UHGV virus genome: UHGV-0189340
Strand: one strand, 5' to 3'
Length of the DNA: 22,779 nucleotides
DNA from: a virus
Below the pieces are notes generated by a model that saw only the letters and a list, made by a program, of their open reading frames with translations, was not told the origin of the DNA and did not search any database. Below, one piece after another: positions 16,250 through 22,779 of this stretch (positions are counted from its first letter, which is position 1; every line of letters begins with the position of its first letter). Made by a program: the position numbers and the translations under genes.

Positions 16250-18403
16250 CTATGGCGCTGCGGAGAAAATTTCACCTTTGGACGTTCCACGCAACCATTT
16301 ACCGTTAATACAACTTTTGCCACCTGCTATCAGGTGCAGGGCTTCTCCCCGGCTGATGGTAATGCCGGTTGTCAGACGGATCTCGTCGATAGTTTTTTCT
16401 ATCGGAGCACTTTGCTCATCTGTTCCGTGGATAAATTTCGGCCTCTTAGGTGGCTTTGGTTTCCTGATTCGGTTCGTCAGCTCTCGCCTTTCACGTCGAC
16501 TCAGGGGTTTTGATAAATCGAGTTCCGGTGGATCGCTTTCGCTTCCCGTACAGTTATTGACAGAACTCGAACTCCAAGGGACGGCGAAGCCGTCCTTAAC
16601 GTCAAAGGCCAAATCAACGGCACGCTTCGGAACAATTTTCCATTGCGTGAGCCGGGTTAAAATCGGAGTGCCAACACCAACGGTGGAGTCGTACACACCA
16701 CGAATGCAGACAGTTTCCTCACCATACTGGTTAAACTCGGTGCGCGGTTCATAAAGCGTACGCACCTGCAAATCATCGCGACGGACAAACGGACCGCCCT
16801 GCGCATTAACATAGCCAGCCCAATCACCGGCATCGGCGGCATCATGGACAGCCGCAAACTCAACACTTAGACCGTGCGCGGTCTCGGTATCTGCAAGGCG
16901 ACGCAATTCACGATAAACAGTCACTGGTGCACCACCGATAAACTGAAACTGACGAATATGCCAGCGCGCCGCCCATGCTGAAACGGCGGGGGCTGTCTCT
17001 TTCAACAGTTCACCGTTTTCGTCATCGGTTTCGTCATCAAGAGCGTAACCGTCGATATTTTTCGAGATGTATTTCGCGACGTAGCCGGTTGCGCTGCCTT
17101 TCTCCGGATCAATGGCTTCTGCGTGGAAACGTGCTTTTTTGGCTTTATCGCTTTTGAGTTCGTGAAAATCTTCTTGCCATGCGTAGTCCCGAATAATGCC
17201 ACGAACGGTATCGACGTCCTCCGGGAGCATAAACATCAGCATATGCCAGTGAGGGCACCCGTCATGGTGAGGCTCTGCAACGCGGATCCCGAAAATACGA
17301 ATGTCTTCACGGTGGAGTTTTGCGCGAATGCGTGCCCACAGGCCAGTGAGATAACATTGCGTATCGGATGGATTGGATCCATTCCATTTGGTGTTACGGT
17401 AGCCTGCCTTTGTCGTGGCGTGATATTTAGACGGTGCGGTCAGGGTGTAAAACTCACCAACATAACCGAGCTCATTGCAGATATTTTCAAACCCACGAAT
17501 GCGGGTCATAAGCTCACAGCGTCGAATCGCAGAGTTAGCGACTGAACCATCGTATTTTTCAATCAGGCTGATACGGTTGCCGTCTTCGTCTTCAAGCTCC
17601 AGACCTTTGAGAAATTCGCGCGTCCGGCGCTTCTGTTCACGCCAGTCTGTCACGCAGTTTTTACTCGCGTAGACATGTTTTTTCTTACTGACATTTCCGA
17701 TTGCGATTTGCAGGTGTTCGCGCCACGCAGCCGCAACGCGACGCAGACGGCCACGCCACCATTTTTCCGAAAACATACGGGCAATTGCTGGAGCGACTTT
17801 ATCCTGATCCCAATATTTATCCCGCGACCGTTCCCACTCTGGTGGCATTATCCTGAATTGCTGAGTGATGAAACCAGCATGCATATACCAGGCATTTAAT
17901 GTCTCCAGTTCACACATGTCAGAATCGTCAATGTTGACTAACTCTGCACGGATAAAATCGGCGATATCAGCAGCCAGCAGGTCGATGTCGGCGCGTGCCA
18001 TATCCGGGAGTCGGTTGTATCTGGCGACTATGTTGACCATGCGAGACGCCAGATATTGCATAAGCTGAGTATCGAAATGACAACCGAAAACAGCGGCTGA
18101 TACGTTGCTGTTAATACCGGTACACTCGTATTTTTTTGCGACCAGTTCAAAACGCGGCAATGCCTTTTTGCAGAAGCTTATTAAAAAAGCATTGGCTCGT
18201 TGACTGCCCTGATTTTGCTCCAGCACCGCAGCAGTGCGATAAACGTCAAAACGTACACACTCGGGCTGGAGGGAAAGCACCTTTCTAGCATGCAGCAAAG
18301 CCGCGAGCATACGGTCGCGGCGATACTGTTGGTCGTAGGTAAGATATGGACTGGCTATTGCCGACCGTGGAGCATTCCACGGAAACGCGAATTGAACAGC
18401 CAA
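16250..18403 (-). CDS. A: Replication initiation endonuclease, P2 gpA-like (rolling-circle initiator)
   Basis: 717-aa ORF (P2 gpA 761 aa) at the distal end of the early operon, before the cos-proximal region; a P2-type ori would be expected inside its 3' part. Confidence 0.88.
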   Translation of the reverse strand: MAVQFAFPWNAPRSAIASPYLTYDQQYRRDRMLAALLHARKVLSLQPECVRFDVYRTAAVLEQNQGSQRANAFLISFCKKALPRFELVAKKYECTGINSNVSAAVFGCHFDTQLMQYLASRMVNIVARYNRLPDMARADIDLLAADIADFIRAELVNIDDSDMCELETLNAWYMHAGFITQQFRIMPPEWERSRDKYWDQDKVAPAIARMFSEKWWRGRLRRVAAAWREHLQIAIGNVSKKKHVYASKNCVTDWREQKRRTREFLKGLELEDEDGNRISLIEKYDGSVANSAIRRCELMTRIRGFENICNELGYVGEFYTLTAPSKYHATTKAGYRNTKWNGSNPSDTQCYLTGLWARIRAKLHREDIRIFGIRVAEPHHDGCPHWHMLMFMLPEDVDTVRGIIRDYAWQEDFHELKSDKAKKARFHAEAIDPEKGSATGYVAKYISKNIDGYALDDETDDENGELLKETAPAVSAWAARWHIRQFQFIGGAPVTVYRELRRLADTETAHGLSVEFAAVHDAADAGDWAGYVNAQGGPFVRRDDLQVRTLYEPRTEFNQYGEETVCIRGVYDSTVGVGTPILTRLTQWKIVPKRAVDLAFDVKDGFAVPWSSSSVNNCTGSESDPPELDLSKPLSRRERRELTNRIRKPKPPKRPKFIHGTDEQSAPIEKTIDEIRLTTGITISRGEALHLIAGGKSCINGKWLRGTSKGEIFSAAP

Positions 18404-18404
18404 T

Positions 18405-18626
18405 TCATATCCCCCGATAATGCTTTGATTTAAGCTCGGCGATTTGCTGGCAGGTCACGCACAAGCCCACACCCGGAAGCGCGATTCGTCGGGCTTCCGG
18501 AATTGGTACGTCACATACTTCACAGAGGAAACGAGAAGGCACAGTAATACGGCTGCGCGCGTTGTTGATATGGCGCTCGCGCTCGGCTTGTTCGCGCTCC
18601 TGTACTCCATCCATAACATCGGCCAT
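18405..18626 (-). CDS. TraR/DksA-family C4 zinc-finger protein
   Basis: 73 aa with CxxC-N17-CxxC (CEVCDV...GVGLCVTCQQ), typical of the TraR/DksA-like zinc finger in P2-like early operons. Start overlaps the upstream stop. Confidence 0.75.
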   Translation of the reverse strand: MADVMDGVQEREQAERERHINNARSRITVPSRFLCEVCDVPIPEARRIALPGVGLCVTCQQIAELKSKHYRGI

Positions 18627-18853
18627 TAGTGCAACTCCTGAGATTCGTTTTCAAAGCGGGTGGCTTCACGGCGCAGCAGTTCAGCGGCTTCTTTGCCGTT
18701 CATGCCTTCTTTGGTTATATGGATAGCCAGCGCCTCAAGACGGATTGAAACGGCGAGTGCACGGTCTTTGCGTTCTTCTTTTTTGGCATCTGTCAGCAGC
18801 ACGGCCAGCGCGTCACTATCAGTATTAAAACTACGGGGTTCGGTATTGCGCAT
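18626..18853 (-). CDS. Hypothetical early-operon protein
   Basis: 75-aa ORF, charged and helical, translationally coupled to the downstream zinc-finger gene. Confidence 0.45.
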   Translation of the reverse strand: MRNTEPRSFNTDSDALAVLLTDAKKEERKDRALAVSIRLEALAIHITKEGMNGKEAAELLRREATRFENESQELH

Positions 18854-18922
18854 AACTAACTCTCCTGATTTCGGGCAATAAAATGCCCGGCGGGTTTACG
18901 CCAGATAATTAATTGTGATTAA

Positions 18923-19123
18923 TTAGCTATAGCCAAATACAACGGCAGGTTTACTTTTCAACTGGCTGATAATTTCAGCTTTCAGGCCATCCTTAAACTC
19001 TTTGCAGCATTCCCACTCAGGGTCAACCCGAAGTATTGCACCGTCGCGAGTTTTAATTTCAAAACCGTCTTCCATATTCGGAATCATGGCTCCTAAAACA
19101 ATTCTTAATTCATCGCGTGACAT
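18923..19123 (-). CDS. Hypothetical early-operon protein
   Basis: Start placed at MSRDELRIVLG (ATG 19123, AAGGG about 8 nt upstream), 66 aa; the longer track ORF (to 19162) has no RBS. Confidence 0.45.
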   Translation of the reverse strand: MSRDELRIVLGAMIPNMEDGFEIKTRDGAILRVDPEWECCKEFKDGLKAEIISQLKSKPAVVFGYS

Positions 19124-19344
19124 GTTTAATCCCTTTAATAATAAAGTGGACAATACGAACAATTAAAAAGCCTGACGACTTCGGCGGCTTTGTTTCCAGC
19201 CCTTTTAATAATTCGGACTGTGAGCAGCACGGATGCCAGCGCCTGCCATCTTTCCCCGCAATCCAGCCGTGACCGTAATGCATGCCGGGACTTTGCTTAA
19301 CGAGCAGAGAAGCGAATGAAGGTTCATTTTTCAGCACAGGTACC

Positions 19345-19854
19345 TCATACCAAACCGAATGTTGCGCCAATGCCGGTCATGGTGTCGACGACGCTCGACA
19401 TTGCCGGGTTAGCCTGGAGGCGAGCCTGTAACGCCAGCGCCGACAATGACAGCATGCGAATACCGGCGTTAACGCTTTCAACCATGTTGTGTTTACGAGC
19501 AGAGGTCAGGCGTTCATCAGATGCAGCACCGTTCGCCAGTTCGCCGAGTTCGCTCATTGCGCGCATGACATAGGACTGCAATTTATCTTTAGCCAACTCA
19601 TTAACCGGCACACAAGGTAGACAATGGATCTGCGCCAGAAAGCCATCAACGAGGGTTGAGTCTTCGGTCAGATCAGTCAGCAGCCATAACTCAGGCGGTG
19701 TGAACTGGTGAGGCTGTTCCGGGTTAAGTTTGTTACGTAACGTCTGAACATTCATACCCGCATGCTCGGCCAGCTTCGCCATATTGTGACGCTGCGCGAA
19801 AGCCCGGCACGCTTCGTCATAGTGGGGATGTTTGGAAATTTGAAAATCAAACAT
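19345..19854 (-). CDS. cII: CII-like lysogeny establishment regulator (phage 186 CII family)
   Basis: 169 aa, the length of 186 CII; N-terminus MFDFQISKHPHYDEACRAFAQRHNMAKLAEHAGMNVQTLRNKLNPEQPHQFTPPELWLLTDL matches my recollection of 186 CII almost residue for residue. Confidence 0.85.
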   Translation of the reverse strand: MFDFQISKHPHYDEACRAFAQRHNMAKLAEHAGMNVQTLRNKLNPEQPHQFTPPELWLLTDLTEDSTLVDGFLAQIHCLPCVPVNELAKDKLQSYVMRAMSELGELANGAASDERLTSARKHNMVESVNAGIRMLSLSALALQARLQANPAMSSVVDTMTGIGATFGLV

Positions 19855-19889
19855 GTATTTTCCCTCGCTATCTTAAATAATCGAGTTTC

Positions 19890-20114
19890 TTAGGCTGCCA
19901 CATAGCGGCAATTAAGGCCCTGAGCCAAGAGTCGAGCACGGAAGGCAACCATATTGATACGCGCAGCACCACCGTCTTTTTTACGGGGCATCAGGAGGAG
20001 ATCTCCATCAGCAACCATCTGTTTTACAGTGCGAATGCTGTAGCCGTAGCATTCAGCAAATTCGTCATAAGTCATGAGATTCGCGCCGGACGGGATTGCA
20101 ATTTGTGGAGTCAT
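19890..20114 (-). CDS. apl: Apl/Cox-like excisionase and switch regulator
   Basis: 74-aa first gene of the lytic operon, divergent from cI and directly upstream of cII, as apl is in 186. Assignment is by position and size only. Confidence 0.6.
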   Translation of the reverse strand: MTPQIAIPSGANLMTYDEFAECYGYSIRTVKQMVADGDLLLMPRKKDGGAARINMVAFRARLLAQGLNCRYVAA

Positions 20115-20239
20115 AAGTAATCATCTCCGGTTACTAGTTGGTTTGGTGCATTGGCGTGCATTTTTAAATTCAAGCGAGAATATTATCTCGAAAAAGCGAG
20201 ATGTCAATTTGGATTTTCGCGATAACTCGGATTTTTAAG
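20115..20239. promoter_or_regulatory. Lysis-lysogeny switch region (divergent pR/pL-type promoters and operators)
   Basis: 125-bp AT-rich intergenic region between divergent apl (minus) and cI (plus) starts. Contains repeated GCGAG/GCGAT-like motifs; individual operators not resolved. Confidence 0.5.
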
Positions 20240-20818
20240 ATGAGATTGGATGAGTTAGAGGGTGGAAAAGCAGTGCTGCAGCGCATCCTTGATGCGTATG
20301 GCTTCACCATGCAAAAACAACTCGGTGACTTGCATGAGCTGTCATCGGGAACAATCAGCACTTGGGTTCGGCGTAATTTTTTCCCCGGGGATGTTGTTGT
20401 TGCATGCGCTTTGGACACTGGGGTGTCTTTACGTTGGTTGGCAACAGGGAAGGGGAACAAGTTTGATGCAGACCATACTAATGGCGAAATGAAAACATTA
20501 GACCGATTGGATATTGTTGCAGGTAAGCTGCAGGAAAACGGTCATTGGATTGTTGATGCTAACCTCTTTTCTACTGAGGCGACGCACCCCAATTACATAG
20601 TAAAAGGCCAGCAGTCTTGGATAGTTGATTTTGATATGACTGATATAGCAAATGGGCGATGGATGCTCAGTATCGACGGGGATCATGATGTCTATGACGT
20701 TGCAAGGATCCCGGGGAACAGAATAAAAGTCAGCAACGCTGATGCCGATTTTCAATGCTCAGTTTCTGAGGTTAAGTGTATTGGCATGGTGCTGGTAAGC
20801 CTGACGAAATCTAGCTAA
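20240..20818 (+). CDS. cI: Immunity repressor, phage 186 CI-like
   Basis: Start at MRLDELEGG gives 192 aa, the length of 186 CI. Directly upstream of int on the same strand (cI-int operon as in 186). No obvious S24 Ser/Lys autocleavage motifs. Confidence 0.8.
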   Translation: MRLDELEGGKAVLQRILDAYGFTMQKQLGDLHELSSGTISTWVRRNFFPGDVVVACALDTGVSLRWLATGKGNKFDADHTNGEMKTLDRLDIVAGKLQENGHWIVDANLFSTEATHPNYIVKGQQSWIVDFDMTDIANGRWMLSIDGDHDVYDVARIPGNRIKVSNADADFQCSVSEVKCIGMVLVSLTKSS

Positions 20819-20822
20819 CGAT

Positions 20823-21860
20823 ATGAGTGTTAAAAAACTGACATCGGGTGAATGGCTTTGTGATTTCCGCGTCGACGGGGCTGAAAGTCGCCGCGTGCGT
20901 AAGAAGTTTTCAACCAAAGGTGAAGCCGTTGCCTTCGAACAGTATTACCGAGAAGAGGCACAAAATAAGCCGTGGATGGGTGAGAAGGAAGACCGTCGAC
21001 GTTTGAGTGAACTGATTGAGCTGTGGCATAACCTCCATGGCCAGTCGCTCGCTGCCAGCAAATCGCGATTGGCCAAACTGCACATTGTTTGCCGGGGTCT
21101 TGGCGACCCAATCGCTACCCAGCTTACCGCCAAAGATTTCGCCCATTATCGGGATAAACGTCTCAAGGGTGAAATCGACAATGGCTATCACGCAAATTCT
21201 GAAAAGTGGATTGCGAAACCTGTGACTGTGAACCGGGAACAACAGTACCTCGAAGCTGTTTTCAATGAGCTGAAGCGCTTGGGTGAGTGGAGTCTGCCAA
21301 ATCCTCTCGAAGGTGTGCGAGTTTTCAAAGAAGCCGAAAAAGAAATGTCTTGGCTTACCCAGCCTCAAATTCGCGAAGTGCTCAATGCTTGTGAGTCATA
21401 CGGGAAAATTTATTTAACCCGTATCGTCAAAGTGTGCTTAGCGACTGGTGCTCGATGGAGCGAGGCCGAGCGTCTTACTCGTTCACAGCTTTCACCCCAC
21501 AAGTTGACTTTCACTAAAACGAAGGGAAAGAAGAATCGTACAGTACCGATCCCTCGGTGGCTATATGACGAGTTGGCTCCTTTACAGGGAAAAATGTTCC
21601 ACCCCTGCTATCAGGAGTTCAAGAAAATGCTCGCTCTGACCGATATAGAGTTAGCTGAAGGGCAAAAAACGCATGTGTTACGTCATACATTTGCGAGTCA
21701 CTTTATGATGAATGGTGGGAACATTTTAGTACTGCAACGAATCTTGGGCCATTCTAACATTAGGGAAACCATGAGATACGCTCATTTTGCACCAGATCAT
21801 TTAGAAGAAGCTGTAACTCTTAACCCTATTTCTAATTTAACAGGATTATATGATGAGTGA
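20823..21860 (+). CDS. int: Tyrosine integrase (P2/186 Int family)
   Basis: 345 aa; C-terminal catalytic region with conserved R...HxLRHT...R...Y pattern (HVLRHTFASHF...GHSNIRETMRYAH). Confidence 0.9.
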   Translation: MSVKKLTSGEWLCDFRVDGAESRRVRKKFSTKGEAVAFEQYYREEAQNKPWMGEKEDRRRLSELIELWHNLHGQSLAASKSRLAKLHIVCRGLGDPIATQLTAKDFAHYRDKRLKGEIDNGYHANSEKWIAKPVTVNREQQYLEAVFNELKRLGEWSLPNPLEGVRVFKEAEKEMSWLTQPQIREVLNACESYGKIYLTRIVKVCLATGARWSEAERLTRSQLSPHKLTFTKTKGKKNRTVPIPRWLYDELAPLQGKMFHPCYQEFKKMLALTDIELAEGQKTHVLRHTFASHFMMNGGNILVLQRILGHSNIRETMRYAHFAPDHLEEAVTLNPISNLTGLYDE

Positions 21861-22779
21861 GCCAACCATCGAAACACCTCCAAGAATGACCGAGGCCAAA
21901 GTCATTAGGGTACGCACTCGTGGTTTTTATAATTTAGTTGAGATAGGTGCAGTCTTTCTAGTTGCAAATGTAATTTTTGCTACAGGGATATTAGACTCAA
22001 CCTTTTATTATTTATTTCCCAGTGCGAGAGCAGATCTTACACATTTGCCGAGCTTTATCAGGTCAATATTCGCAGTGTCATTTGTAATCGTTTACACCAT
22101 TATCTATGGTGTGTCTCCAATCCAAAGAATGTTTATGAGAATTACAGGGAGTGATTCAGTCGACAAATCATCGATGTTTAATATTGTCGATATTATAAAT
22201 GAGATAAAACTACTCAAGAAGGCTCAAGAGGAAAGGGCTGCTGCTGATGAAGATGAATCTCTGGATTTTTATCTTAAAGGTTTGATTAATAGCTCTGAAG
22301 GTCTTGCGAAAAACATATATTCTCGCGGTAGTCTTTATTTATTAGTCGGTGTTTGTTTTGCAATAGTTGGATTAGGTTTCTTCTATTCTCAATCACATGT
22401 AATTGATGCTAAGGATGATGCGGTAACCAAGGTAATGTATCTTCTCCCTAATTTTGGCGTGTTGATTTTCTTGGAGTTAATCGCATTTTTCTTTTTGAAG
22501 CAATATCGGGTTACGATGGATGAGTTTCGCTATTACGAGGCAATAAAACGTTCACGTGAGGAAAGCTATGCCATTATAAAGCTTGTAATGGCTAGCCAGA
22601 AAGATATCGATATGATAGACCTTCTGGATAAAATTAATTTTAGCTCAAGAGTTGGAAAACTAGAATCAGGGCAGACTACTGAAATTATTGAAGCAAGAAA
22701 ATTAGACAAAAATGAACTTGAAACCTTAGTAAAGCTTACCGAGGCAGTTGCGGGTAAGATTGGACAGGGAAATAAGTAG
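21850..22779 (+). CDS. Uncharacterised four-helix membrane protein, translationally coupled to int
   Basis: 309 aa, AT-rich. ATG (21850 or 21853) overlaps the last int codons. Four hydrophobic helices in a 2+2 arrangement with a charged central loop and helical C-terminal tail. Stop codon is the last three bases of the window. Confidence 0.7.
   Translation: MMSEPTIETPPRMTEAKVIRVRTRGFYNLVEIGAVFLVANVIFATGILDSTFYYLFPSARADLTHLPSFIRSIFAVSFVIVYTIIYGVSPIQRMFMRITGSDSVDKSSMFNIVDIINEIKLLKKAQEERAAADEDESLDFYLKGLINSSEGLAKNIYSRGSLYLLVGVCFAIVGLGFFYSQSHVIDAKDDAVTKVMYLLPNFGVLIFLELIAFFFLKQYRVTMDEFRYYEAIKRSREESYAIIKLVMASQKDIDMIDLLDKINFSSRVGKLESGQTTEIIEARKLDKNELETLVKLTEAVAGKIGQGNK

Noticed and set aside
15961-16323. 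120-aa minus-strand ORF overlapping the 3' end of A, the LexA box and the small ORF
   Set aside because: Overlaps three better-supported features in another frame; the 60-aa ORF has the strong RBS and correct spacing from the LexA box.
16278-18433. Plus-strand ORFs inside replication gene A (e.g. 16278..16754, 17123..17545, 17475..17672)
   Set aside because: Antisense to the 717-aa A gene; no support.
19110-19370. 86-aa minus-strand ORF between cII and the next early gene
   Set aside because: The track start is a TTG with no RBS and the ORF overlaps both cII and the downstream gene; a shorter real gene from the internal Met at 19283 is possible, but I could not support it well enough to annotate.
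20170-21368. Minus-strand ORFs antisense to cI and int (20170..20460, 20498..20755, 20830..21111, 20910..21368)
   Set aside because: Embedded antisense in well-supported repressor and integrase genes.
1-22779. Searched by eye for CRISPR arrays, tRNA/rRNA genes, IS elements and long direct repeats
   Set aside because: No regularly spaced direct repeats, no tRNA-like cloverleaf candidates near int or the window ends, and no transposase-like ORFs with terminal inverted repeats were seen.

Overview
This window is about 22.8 kb of a P2/186-like temperate myophage genome, most likely an integrated prophage in a GC-rich enterobacterial host. Nothing was searched or computed: all similarity statements are recalled P2/186 protein families compared by eye with the supplied translations. 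Running right to left on the minus strand are the tail fibre H (5' part), baseplate genes I-J-W-V, tail completion S and R, a lysis cassette (spanins, endolysin, holin), X, L, terminase small subunit M, major capsid N and scaffold O. Terminase large subunit P and portal Q follow on the plus strand, then a cos site, replication gene A, a 186-type early/immunity region (cII, apl, cI) and the integrase. Three visibly AT-rich islands interrupt this GC-rich backbone and carry genes I cannot assign to any P2/186 function. The strongest candidate for a new system is a translationally coupled two-gene operon (327-aa soluble protein plus 228-aa four-helix membrane protein) between the portal gene and cos. 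The other two are a 447-aa protein with a DUF4062/TIR-like N-terminus between S and V, and a 309-aa four-helix membrane protein coupled to the 3' end of int. A near-consensus LexA box in front of a small ORF next to cos suggests SOS-controlled induction. No tRNA, rRNA, CRISPR array or IS element was seen.
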